From assembly GCA_964016885.1 (NCBI GenBank), contig OZ024742.1:206894001-206958000 (forward strand): a stretch of 64,000 nucleotides of DNA. The letters are read 5' to 3'. This DNA is from Eledone cirrhosa. Lineage: Eukaryota. The position numbers were made by a program, and so were the translations under genes. Position 1 is the stretch's first letter; each line of letters begins with the position of its first letter. This document shows, one piece after another, positions 52,182 through 64,000 of the stretch. The notes under the pieces were generated by a model. The model ran no database searches. It was not told the origin of the DNA and was given only the letters and a program-made list of their open reading frames with translations.

Positions 52182-52217
52182 TCTTCTGATGAAGGACAAG
52201 CGTCCAAAACGTTAAGA
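52182..52217 (+). ncRNA. Minimal type I hammerhead motif (copy 1)
   Basis: tctt CTGATGA a ggac-aagc-gtcc AAAAC GTT^ aaga. Confidence 0.65.
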
Positions 52218-52501
52218 CTCTCTTCCTGCTATTTCAAGCATTAAATTAACATGTTCCTTGCATGTACTGTGTCATTTGTTTGGTTATTATTTTTATTTCT
52301 GTTTACCTTTTAGATACATATATATTTATTCACACACAGATAGACAGGCAGATGATAACAAGTTGTCGTATTAGGTAATCCAATTAGAGGTTGTGAGTAC
52401 TCTGTACAATGGATAGTTTTACCGTACGGCGTTGTTTGACTCAACAAGAGGTTTCCTTAGTTAGGTTTGCGAGAATTTCCATGCAGGTTATTCTTGGAGT
52501 A

Positions 52502-52674
52502 ATAGTAGTGAAAGAGTGAAGAATAACGTGGTCGGCTGTACACAAAGGGTGTGACACAACTTCGAGTGATTAGCGGCCTTTAGACACACCTGATCAATGA
52601 AACAATTTTTAATACTATAAATAAAACCCTTTTTGTACCTCCGACCATGTTATTCTTCACTCTTTCACTACTAT
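52502..52674. mobile_element. Small foldback element with ~49-bp TIRs
   Basis: atagtagtgaaagagtgaagaataacgtggtcgg...gtaca.aaagggt versus accctttttgtac..ccgaccatgttattcttcactctttcactactat. Confidence 0.7.
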
Positions 52675-53049
52675 ATATATATATATATACACACATACAT
52701 ATATATGATGGTGTTTTGGGTGCCACAATAAAAAGCATCCAGTCCACACTGTAATGTGATTGATCTTAGGAAGGGCATTCAGCAGTAGAATCCAAGCTGA
52801 ATTAGAGGTCTGTATGAGCAAAACGTGGTCTCTTGACCCAATTTGTCTCATAATGTGATGAGCCATCTACCTCATGCAAGTGTGGAAAATGGACATTAAA
52901 CAATGATGAGCTTATGCAGAGTTTTTTTTAACCAAGGTATTGGTCAACCGGAATCTATGGTAGAAGACACTTGTTCAGGTTATGCCACACTGTGGTATTG
53001 AACACAAAACTATTTGGTTATCAAGTCAACACTTCACAAAATAGCATAT

Positions 53050-54190
53050 ATCATCATCTTCATCAACATTATTTTACATATGCAACCGTCGAGGTTGACT
53101 TTGCCTTTCATCCTTACGGGGTCGATAAAATAAAGTACCAGTAATGCACTGGGTAATTGCTGGCCTTGTGCCTAAAGTAGAAACAATTATTTTACATATG
53201 CTTTTCCATACTTGCATGGGTTCGACACATCTTTTCCAGCACAGCATCCCTCCACTTAATGCATTCTTTGTCATCTCTATGAGCTTCAATGATTTGAGAT
53301 CAGCTCTCACCACTTCCACCCAGATCTTGTTCTTCATCTACTGCCATTTCCTTCCACTGGGATTTCATGGTACTTCCTCACCCAGTAACCATCATTCGTA
53401 TGCATCACATGTTCATACTAACACGGTCTTTTCTATTGCACACACGTCTGATTCTTTTTCTCTCAGCTCATCCATGCTTTGTCATTCAAGTATATTAACA
53501 TTGTACATCCATCAAAGAATGCTTGCTTCATTTCTTTGCAGGCTTTTATTCACAGAGAGAAATCTTTTGTTGTCAAAAGAGGAAGTAGCTCCCTGAACTT
53601 TCTTCATCCTATTCTTTGTCTAGCTGTTATTTTCTCGGAGAAAACTCAACCACTAATTAAGTCTCCTAGGTAGCACCTGTGATTGGAAAAAAGTTTATTT
53701 CACTAATACTCTTCCTACAAACTATCCATGTACATATCCATGTACATATACTATGTACAAAGTCTACCTTTTCTGTTAGTCTGCCTGCTATTACAGCTCT
53801 TGCATACATTGTATAGAATTTCTACCGAATTCTTTTCTAAAGGCTACTTTCCTGTAGAGGTCCTTTCCTGATGAGGTCGTTTTTACTTTCCTACTTACTC
53901 AAACTTTGGTTTTTGTCAGGTTTACTTAAAGCTCTTTGATTCCAAGTTCTGTTTCCACAGATGAAATTTCTTCTCTAGCTTTTTCACAGAAGTACCTTGT
54001 CATCAGTATACAGAGATTCTTATAGACAGCCAATCATAAACAACTCTGATTTGACATGAAAAACTATAATAAACAGGAATGGGCTGTATACTGAGTCCTG
54101 AGAAACTCCTATCCTTACATCGAATTCTTCACTAAACTCATTAACAACTCTCACTTTATCAACATCTGCTCTGTACATGTCTTGCACTCT
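53050..54190 (-). mobile_element. Old RTE fragment with a SINE (53084-53185, 16-bp TSD) inserted in its 3' end
   Basis: RT remnants (F.V.IGV.Q.SV.SP.LFII). TSD attattttacatatgc at 53068-53083 and 53186-53201. Confidence 0.8.
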
Positions 54191-54606
54191 TACAACTAAT
54201 ACAGACCAATAAAATATACACACACCACTTTTCCCTTCACAGCTCTGTATACACAGACACACACAGACACACACCCTTATATTAACATAGTCATAGTTTC
54301 ATACTTACAAGCACACACACACACTCTTTTACTTACGTAGCTTCGTACAGACATATAATAGCACACATACACACACATGCTTACGCACGGGCATAAGTAT
54401 AGCTCTTTATACAAAACGTTTTTTTTTCATTTCAGGTAGACGCACTACATCATCCATTTTTCTAAAAAAATATATGATTACACAAAACGCCAGCATCAAC
54501 AGTTTTCCAAGAGACATCAACATAAATGGAACTGTTATTTTTATCTAAAGACATTTTTTTCAATTCTAACCCGTCCATCCCCTCAATCTATCTTATTTCT
54601 CATTCT

Positions 54607-54645
54607 TTCTTTTCTGATGAAGGACAAGTGTCTGAAACATTAAGA
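54607..54645 (+). ncRNA. Minimal type I hammerhead motif (copy 2)
   Basis: CTGATGA a ggac-aagt-gtct GAAAC ATT^ aaga. It lies in a ~140-bp repeat shared with ~52170-52312. Confidence 0.65.
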
Positions 54646-54730
54646 CCCTCTTCCTGCTATTTCAAGCGTTAACCTAATATATTCCTTCCATATACTGTAC
54701 CGATTGTGTTGTTATTTCTGTTTACCTTTT

Positions 54731-54777
54731 ACATACATACATACATATATATATATATATATGTATGTATATATATG

Positions 54778-54846
<69 letters not shown>

Positions 54847-54853
54847 GTATATA

Positions 54854-54930
<77 letters not shown>

Positions 54931-55611
54931 GTATATATATATGTATATCTATATATATATGTATATATGTATATATATGTATATGTATATATATATGTAT
55001 ATATATGTATATGTATATATATATGTATATATATATGTATATGTATATATATATATGTATATATATATATGTATATATATGTATATGTATATATATATGT
55101 ATATATGTATATATGTATATATATATATATATGTATATATATATGTATATATATGTATATATATATATGTATATACATATGTATATATATGTATATGTAT
55201 ATATATATATGTATATATATACGTATATATATATGTATATATATATGTATATATTTATGTATATATATATGTGTATATATATGTGTATATATATGTATAT
55301 ATATATGTGTATATATATGTATATATATATGTGTATATATATGTATATATATATGTATATATATATGTATATATATATGTATATATATATGTATATATAT
55401 ATGTATATATATATGTATATATATATGTGTATATATATGTGTGTATATATGTATATATATATATGTGTATATATATGTATATATATATGTGTATATATAT
55501 GTGTGTATATATATATGTATATATATATGTGTATATATATATGTATGTGTATATATGTATGTATATATATATGTGTATATATATATGTATGTGTATATAT
55601 GTATGTATGTG

Positions 55612-55647
<36 letters not shown>

Positions 55648-55850
55648 TGTATGTATATATATGTGTGTATGTATATATATGTGTGTATGTATATGTATAT
55701 ATATATATATGTGTGTATATATGTATGTGTGTATATATATGTGTGTATATATATATATGTATATATATATGTGTGTGTGTGTATATATATGTGTGTATAT
55801 ATATATGTATATATATATGTATGTATATATGTATATATATATATATATAT
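54731..55850. repeat. ~1.1-kb interrupted (TA)n/(TG)n microsatellite
   Basis: Direct reading; local 10-bp periodicity (gtatatatat). Confidence 0.97.
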
Positions 55851-55924
55851 CAAGGCAGAATTCTAGGCGAAGGAAAACTCTGATATAACACCTGCAACCC
55901 TGATGGTATCCAATGATGTTGACT

Positions 55925-56563
55925 TGCTCTTCTTTTTGGTAAATATCACCTTGGTTAAGAGAGTGGGACTGGCTTTGTGCAGTGCCTTTGCTCACTATAA
56001 AAGCTTCATGGCACAGGCATTGCTTTATATCTGGAGATCTCTCTGCACTTGTTGTCACATGGTACCATGGGCCCAGCACAATGTGTCAATAATTGTCACA
56101 AGTGTAGTGTTTGTACCAGAGTTTTCAAGTCACTAGCTGGACTAAAAAGTCACACTTGTTCAGCGCATCGGTAGGGTTTCTCCTACATGGATATAAAGTA
56201 GTGGCCGTACTCGAAAACGAGTTGGCAGCCACCATATATATATGTATGTATATTGTTCTTCTTTTTGGTAAATACCATCTTGGTTAAGAGAGCGGGACTG
56301 GCTTTGTGCAGTGCCTTTGCTCACTATAAAAGCTTCACGGCACAGGCATTGCTTTATATCTGGAGATCTCTCTGCACTTGTCATCACATGGTACCATGGG
56401 CCCAGCACTATGTGTCAATAATTGTGACAAGTGTAGTGATTGTACCAGAGTTTTCATGTCGCTGGCTGGACTAAAAAGTCACACTTGTTCAACGCATCGG
56501 TAGGGGTTCTCCTACATGGGTATAAAGTAGTGGCCGTACTCGAAAACGAGTTGGCAGCCACCA
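55925..56563. repeat. ~310-bp unit duplicated in tandem within TA arrays
   Basis: 55925-56234 is repeated at 56253-56563, separated by a short TA/TG run. Confidence 0.92.
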
Positions 56564-56577
56564 TGTATATATGTATG

Positions 56578-56624
<47 letters not shown>

Positions 56625-56888
56625 CTATATATATATAGGCGATGAATTCTGTTATTAATTCTGGCAATATTACGCAAATATGACCCTCCCCAAATATAAC
56701 AATATATATATATATATATATGTATGTATATATAAATGTATATATATATATATGAATATATATATATATATATATGTATATATGTGTATATATGTATGTA
56801 TATGTATGTATATGTATATATATATGTATATGTATATGTATATATATGTGTATGTATATGTGTATATATGTATGTATATGTATGTATA

Positions 56889-56938
<50 letters not shown>

Positions 56939-57209
56939 CATACATATATATATATGTATGTATATGTATATAGATATATATATTTATAAATATATATATA
57001 TACTCCATGCACAGTTATACACTTGTGTGTGGGTGTCTGTGTGTGCGTGTGTGCATATGAAGAAATCTTCACCACCAAAGACAAAAGAAAAAAAAGATTA
57101 TAAAGATTAAAATAAATAAGATGAAAAAGAAAGATCAAATGGAAATGTAGAAATATGTTGATGTCTTGGAAAGCCCACTGTGTTGAGTTTCTGTAGCAAC
57201 ACCATTATT

Positions 57210-57392
57210 GGTGGATTGGCAGTATTGGTAGAGGGCCGGACGCCATGCTTTGACACATAGAGTTACGGCCCTTGCCATTCTGAGTTCAAATCCCGCCGAG
57301 GTTAACTTTGCCTTTCATCCTTACGGGGTCGATAAAATAAAGTACCAGTAATGCACTGGGTAATTGCTGGCCTTGTGCCTATAGTAGAAGCA
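57210..57392 (+). mobile_element. tRNA-derived SINE
   Basis: Full match to the family, with attattg on both flanks. Confidence 0.88.
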
Positions 57393-57419
57393 ATTATTGA
57401 GAAATAACTTAATATAAAC

Positions 57420-57701
57420 TTAAACCTACAGTCAGTAGGCACCTCTTAACCCAATATACACTGCACCCCACACACCCTACTCCAGCCTCCCATTTCCATC
57501 CACAGTAAAGTGGTCTTGTAAAAAGGCTCCCAGTCCACACTTTAAATGTGGTTGGTGTTAGGAAGGGGATCTACTGCCAGAGACAGTTCTGTATGAGCGA
57601 GACACAGTCTCCCGACCGATCTCGCCTCAGGTGGAACAAAACCTTCCAACCCATGCTAGCGTTGAAGATGGACGTTAAACGTCGATGATGATCATGATGA
57701 T
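57420..57701 (+). mobile_element. RTE-family 3' UTR fragment
   Basis: cctacagtcagtaggcacctct...aacccatgctagcg...gacgttaaacg followed by (GAT)n. Confidence 0.8.
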
Positions 57702-57804
57702 ATAAAGATAGAAAACAATCCATAAGGTAATGATAAAGAAAATGGTGATGCTGCTGCTGCTGCTGCAGATGATGATGATGGTGATGCTTGGTGGATGTAA
57801 TAAT

Positions 57805-57990
57805 TGTTTCTATTTTTAGGCACAAGGCCAGCAATAACCCAGTACATTACTGGTACTTTATTTTATCGACCCCCGTAAGGATGAAAGGCAAAGTTAACCT
57901 CGGCGAGATTTGAACTCAGATCATAAAGGGACGTAACTCTATGCTTCAAAGCATGGTGTCCGACTCTCTACCGATACTGCCAATCCACCG
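57805..57990 (-). mobile_element. tRNA-derived SINE with 14-bp TSD
   Basis: gtggatgtaataat at 57791-57804 and 57996-58009. Confidence 0.9.
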
Positions 57991-58890
57991 TACATGTGGA
58001 TGTAATAATGGCAATGAAGATGGGGATGATGATGATGATAATGATAATGATAATATTGTGTACAGTGCTCAGGTGCACTACAACTCATCAAAAAGTGTAT
58101 GTATAGTACATAGGGTAATGTACATACGTCAGGAAAATGAACAGTGCATGAGTCATGATATACACATGTGTGCATGTGTATGGAAGGGGTACATCAGGTG
58201 TAGTTTTGGCGAATTTCGGGAAGCATGAGGGTTTTAAAGGATGCAGTGTCTCGGCAGCCAACAACTGACGCAGGCAGTTTGTTCCATGCTTCAGCAACTC
58301 TGAGCATGAAAAAATGTTTCTGAAAGTCATGGGAGCTGTGCTGTTTTCTGATTTTGTAGGCATGTCCATGATGATAGTAATGATGAAGATGATATGAACA
58401 AGACAAAAAATAACAAAATGGAGTATGAAAAGTGGGGTGATGATAATGATAAAAAGAAGAAAAAGGAAGAAAAAAGAAAAGAAAGAAAAAAGGCAAACGG
58501 AAAAGAAGACAAAGAAAAGATAAAGACTAAATAAATGAAGAAAAAGAAGAATCTCTGAGCTGAAGCCTGCTGGTATGGAACAGTAATGATGGTTCCATAA
58601 TGAAGACAATTTTGTTAACAGTAAAGATATCAGTCAAAGCAAAGAAAAACATATATCAAGGCGCCAGTGACAACCAACCCCCAGAAACACACACCACCCT
58701 GACATCTCCGTTCCACTTAACCACTCCAATACCAACTAATTTTTCTTTTGTAGTGATGTTATAGAAAACATAAGACAGAAGTGTAGAAAAACAAGGTGGA
58801 AAGAAAGTTAAATGGAAGAATATTATAAATAAACATGTGGAAAAAATATTACAATATATACCTATATATATAATATATATATATAGAGAG

Positions 58891-58935
<45 letters not shown>

Positions 58936-58942
58936 TATATAT

Positions 58943-59585
58943 ATGTAAGTATGTATGTATGTATACGTACATACATATATGTATACAAACGTACAGTAGT
59001 ATGTATATATATATACATACATGCACACATAAATATATGCACGTATCGGTTTACCGAACATTTATTATAATGCTCGGTTTGTTTGTTTGTAAACAAACAA
59101 ACAGCCCGAATTACGCCGTACAGTGTTTAGGCAACCACGTCACCTTTTGGTTCAACAGTGACACAGGAACGATGTACTAGTTTCAAGCTTATTAGCTATC
59201 GTCAGCATCGTATACCTTCCTGCCAGATGGTTGAACGTCTGAAAGTATATACTTTCCTTATGCATATTAACGGCTGAGCAGCCTAATTTGCATATCGAGT
59301 GAGTTCAGTCGGCCGGGCACACCGAAAACGATAAATGGAATAGAATGAAACGAAATTTCATTTCTCACTCTTAGTACGGCACTTACTTAAATGTAAGTAT
59401 GTATGTATACGTACATACATATATGTATACAGACGTACAGTAGTATGTATATATATATATACATACATGCACACATATATACATGCACGTATCGGTTTAC
59501 CGAACATTTATTATAATGCTCGGTTTGTTTGTTTGTAAACAAACAGCCAGAATTACGCCGGACAGTGTTTAGGCAACCACGTCAC
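58943..59585 (-). mobile_element. ~445-bp unit with ~200-bp direct repeat flanking an intact hammerhead (retrozyme-like)
   Basis: 58943-59143 is repeated at 59391-59585, with the ribozyme at 59150-59236 and an octamer at 59286-59293. Confidence 0.8.
59150..59236 (-). ncRNA. Type I hammerhead ribozyme with intact catalytic core
   Basis: Minus strand reads gttcaac..caggaa-ggtat-acgatg CTGACGA t agct-aata-agct t GAAAC ta GTA^ catcgt tcctg..gttgaac. Confidence 0.88.
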
Positions 59586-59794
59586 ATAGACAGGAGAAAG
59601 TGAGAGAGAGATATGGGCAACCAAAAGTGAGGAGGAGAAGGGAAAGGGAGATAATCCAAATGGTTTTTTTTTATGACGGTTATAAAAACGTGCCTCAAAG
59701 ATTACGGACAGAGAGGCCACCACGGCACGTGTAAACATGTCAATAATCAAAACCGAACGGATGGATAGAGACAGAGAAATATATATCGTATATA

Positions 59795-62700
59795 TCATCA
59801 TCTTCGTTTAACGTCCATTTTCCACGCTAGCATGGGTTAGACGGGAGTTGTCTCACTTGAGACAAGTCTGGTCGAGTGACCGTGTCTCACTCATATAGGA
59901 CTATCTGGCAGGTTTTCTACGGCTGGATGCCCTTCCTAACACCAACCACATTTACAGCGTGGAACTGGGAAATGTTTACCGTGTTACCTATACGGCCACA
60001 TTACAGCGTGGACTGTGTGTGTTTTTTGTCGTGACACCTACACGATCTCGATCTCAGTTTCTCGTGCTGTTGGTGAGAGTGGGAGGATAGGGTAGTGGTA
60101 GTGGATTGGGGTGTATATTTGGTTAAGAGGTGCCTAATGACTGTAGGTCTCGCTTTGTACATAGGCAAGGCGGGTCGTCTGTAATACCGCGTAGCGCCAA
60201 AGATCTCGGTCCAGAGACATTGTCTTAGAGAGATGTAAGTGTGTGAGGTCGGAATTTATCAGATCATCCCAGGTTTTTCTGGGTCTACCTACTCCGTAAC
60301 TACCATCAATTTTGATCGCTTTGCACTTGTTTTAGCAGCTGTCGTATTTCATGCGCATCACGTGACCATACCAACGTAGTCTTCTCTCAAGTAAACAGCA
60401 TCTGATCCCTCTTATTCCTAATTTCTCACTTAGTTCATTTATGCTTGGCCGTTCACGTATATTACTATTACACATCCAACGGATCATGCATGCTCCTCTG
60501 CACGTAATGCCCATGTCTCACTGCCATGTAGCATTGCTGTTCGTATACAGGCATCATACAATCTGCCTTTCATTTTTAGAGAGAAACCTTTTGTGGCCAA
60601 CAGCGGTATAAGCTCTCTGAACTTTTCCCACCCCGTTCTGACTCTGGCTACTGTACTTTCAGAACACCCTCCACCACTGGTTATTTCGTCACCCAGGTAA
60701 CGGAAAGTGTCTACTATTTCTATAGAACCATCTGGGCAATAGAAGGAGCTAGTATCCTGTGGACACTTGCTACTTATTGCACTTGAGCATTGACCACATA
60801 TAAAGTCTACGTTCTTAGATAGTTTACCTGTTATCCCACTACATCATTTATGTACCCATAGTTTGCATTTGGGACATAAAATAGAATTTCTGCCTACTCC
60901 TTTCCTACACACTGAGCATGGCCATTTCCCTGAGGGCACCTGTGCCTTATTTTCCTTTCTACATACTAGAACTTTAGTCTTAGACAAGTTAACTTGTCAA
61001 GTTAACAAGGCCTTTTGATTCTAGGCCATGCTTCCATGTTTCGAATTTCTTCTCTAGTTTAGCCATTGATTCAGCGATGAGAGTTAGATCATCTGCGTAT
61101 AGGAGTTCCCATGAGCATCCGGTCTTGAACTCCTCTGTTATAGCCTGAAGGGCAATAATAAATAAGAGGGGGCTAAGGACAGAGCCCTGATGAACCCCAA
61201 CTTTTACACTAAATTCTTCACAATATTCATTGCTGACTGTTTCTTTATACATGGCTTGTATAGCTCTCACAAGCCATTTATCTACTCCTAGTTTTCTAAG
61301 AGCCCACCAGATAATGGAGCGGGGGACTCTGTCAAAAGCTTTCTCCAGGTCTACAAAAGCTAAGTAGAGGGGTTTACTTTTAGCTAGGTATTTCTCTCGT
61401 AGTTGTCGTACAAGGAAAAGAGCGTCTGTGGTACTTTTACTTGACACAAACCCAACCTGCATTTCATCTAGATCAATTCGCTCTCTGATTAGTTGCGCTA
61501 TAACTCTTTTTGTGACCTTCATGACCTGGTCAACTAACTTAATGCCTCTATAGTTTTCCCTATCTAGAGCATCCCCTTTACCCTTGTAGCAGTTAATGAT
61601 GATGCAGCTACGCCAGTCTTTCGGTATGACCCCATTCTGTATTACTTGGTTTACGATACGGGTGACCATAGTGTGTCCCACCATACCAGATGCCTTCAAC
61701 ATCTCAGCAACTATCTCCGAAGGCCCAGCTGCCTTGCCTGTCTTCATATCTTTGATTTCCCTACTTATTATACTACCTTTAACTTGCACCGCTGGTCCTT
61801 CTATTGGATCGATTTGGAGCAGACTATCTTTTTCCCATTTATTCTCCTCATTTAATAGTCTCTCCTAGTGACACTTCCAGGCTATCTTCTTATCAGTATC
61901 AGTGAGCGCAAGTACACCATTATCATTACGGACACACTTCTCCCCGACAATATCACAGTTTTCCTTGACACATTGTCTAGCATTCCTGAACATCTCACGT
62001 TTTTGGTCCTCACGTTGTAGAACATGCTTGAACTTTCTATCCTCTGCTACCCTTTTTGCAAGGTACACTTCTCTCCTAGCTTCTCTCCTGGCCACTTGAT
62101 AGTGCTCTCTACTTCCCCCATCCTGCCATACTTTCCAAGCCTGCTTTTTGGCCTTGATTGTCTCTTGCACCTTACTGTTCCACCACCAAGTTACTCTCCT
62201 CTTGCCAATAGGTCTGCTCCAGCCACAGATTTCATCCGTTGCTCTCAGCAGGTTCACTTTCAAGAATTGCCACTGTTCCTCTATATTGCACGTCTCTAAT
62301 TGCTCTTCCTTATTGTCAAAGGCATCAAGTAATAAGCTTTTAAATTTGTCACTGGCTATGGGGTCCTTCAACTTCCATATTCTTCTCCTCAAGGTAGGCC
62401 TCTTCTGTCGTCGAGTACGTCTATTCCTGACTATGAGATCACTAACTATAGGCTATGTTGGGAGGTGCATTCTTCACGGGAGAGGGATTTAGTGTTTACA
62501 ACAGACATTTTGTCCCGTCTTCTAGTAAGGATATAATCTATCTGGCTGGCGTGTTCCCCTGATATATAGGTGATTAAGTGGTTTTCACGTTTTTTGAAGT
62601 TTGTGTTACAGATAGTTAGGCTATTTGCGTCACAGAATTCCAGGATTCTGAAGCCCTCCTCATTTCTATTTCAAACCCCATAGCCTCCATGGATTCCATC

Positions 62701-63160
62701 ATAGCCATCACTATGTTGTCCAACGTGACCGTTTAGATCGCCAGCAATAATTAAGTAGTCACTGTCGGTTATTTGGGGGGTAGTGTGCATTAGCATCTCA
62801 TAGAACCTGTCCTTTATAACATCAGGTAGACCAGATTGGGGTGCATAAGTAGATATTATTGTCACAGTAGTTCTATTTAGAACTACTCTTAATTCAATTA
62901 TTGTGTCATTCACTCTATTTAGGTCAATTACCTTATCTACCCATTTTTCAGCTAACATAATTCCTACACCACCCTGTCCGTTGTCATTTCCCGCCCAGAA
63001 AAGTTTATAGCATCGTTTTTTACCCACGATGAATCTGGCAGACCCCCCCTCTCCACATAGTCTCTTGAATACAACAAACATCAACTTATTTACGTTCAAG
63101 CATCTCTACAACCTCACTTGAGCGACCTTTCAACGTGCCTACGTTCATGGTACGTTCATG
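59795..63160 (-). mobile_element. Near full-length RTE LINE, pseudogenised (APE, RT, PHD-like finger)
   Basis: TMNVGTL, GVG, YAPQ, GDLNGHVG (APE); NYRGIKL, DLEKAFDRV, QGSVLSP, YADD (RT). Multiple frameshifts and stops; (GAT)n tail. Confidence 0.93.
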
Positions 63161-63375
63161 GTACCAACTCTGTAGTTGGGAGGGTGGGATGGATGGGTGT
63201 GTGTGTGTGTGGGGGGGGATTTTGTTGGTCATCTGTGTCTGAAATAAAGAGGGGTCCTTATGTATATATATATATGTATATATATATCGTCTAGCCTCTG
63301 CTAGCATGGAAAAATAAATGTAAAACACTGATGATGATGATGATGATGATGATGATATATATATATATATACACG

Positions 63376-64000
63376 CTAACTGAATTACCCGGCGTTGCCC
63401 GGGTTACTGCTGTTCTTATTCAGATTAGTAAACAATAAATATGATGATATGTTGTCTTTTTCTTCTCATAATTATTTCAAAATAGCTATATTTTATTAAA
63501 AAAATATTAAAATTGTAATGATAATAGAATTATAGCGAGATTACTGGGGGTATGAATGTAACAAAACGAGACATTGTTTGTGTATATAATATTTAATTAA
63601 CGGTAGATAGAATACTTGACATGTCAAAGATAGATGTTAGAATGAAACAAAGTTAGTAGTTACCGTTTTGATTGCCAGGCAAACGCGGCTGGCAGAGGGC
63701 GCCTGGCTAAGGCCAGGCGCCTGTTGGCCAAATTAATGGCAGAGCCAAATGAGAAGACCTGGTGCCGAAAAGGCAAAGAGAGAGAGGAAGCTTAAAGTTG
63801 TTAGTTTTATAGGGCTCTGACCGGAAGTTGCAGAAAGGGTTCCACTTCCCGTCTAGATCCCAATCAAAACAAGGGAGACAACCGCTACATAACCTCCCGC
63901 CAGAATTTTAGTGTATAAAAATCGAAATGAAAATATGTAGCAAGTTGGCGAGAATGTTGTAACAGGCATGAAAATTACGACAAAAGAATGTTTGGAAAAA
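63376..64000 (+). mobile_element. Probable Helitron/Helentron-derived non-autonomous element, left end
   Basis: Subterminal 'cccggcgttgcccggg' (63388-63403) resembles the motif seen at invertebrate Helentron/HINE ends. It runs off the window. Confidence 0.5.

Noticed and set aside
56150-56200. Hammerhead in the 310-bp unit (minus strand GAAA...CTGAACA)
   Set aside because: The core is not CUGANGA and the GAAA lies in a hairpin loop.
54704-57138. Long ORFs of up to 394 aa (YI/YM/HT-rich)
   Set aside because: They are translations of TA/TG microsatellite that is stop-free by composition. The same applies near 8.2, 9.0, 25.4, 26.9, 35.3, 50.3 and 58.9 kb.

Overview
AT-rich, microsatellite-dense eukaryotic DNA with no recognisable host exon, probably intronic or intergenic. 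The repeat repertoire suggests an octopod cephalopod, but that is inference. It holds one near-intact Tx1-clade LINE (41.1-47.2 kb; ORF2 intact, ORF1 split by a +1 shift at an A7 run). It also holds decayed Tx1, RTE and R4/Dong-like LINEs, a mariner split by an RTE insertion, hAT MITEs, a Penelope-type GIY-YIG remnant, a Helentron-like end and many tRNA-derived SINEs. The most interesting signal is non-coding: six type I hammerhead ribozyme motifs from about five apparently unrelated families, plus three degenerate ones. Three sit in ~440-490 bp 'monomer plus partial repeat' units that resemble retrozymes or Penelope pseudo-LTRs, and two of those carry ATTTGCAT octamers just upstream of the ribozyme. 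All alignments and folds were read by eye, so boundaries are approximate. Most short ORFs in the track are microsatellite or antisense artefacts.
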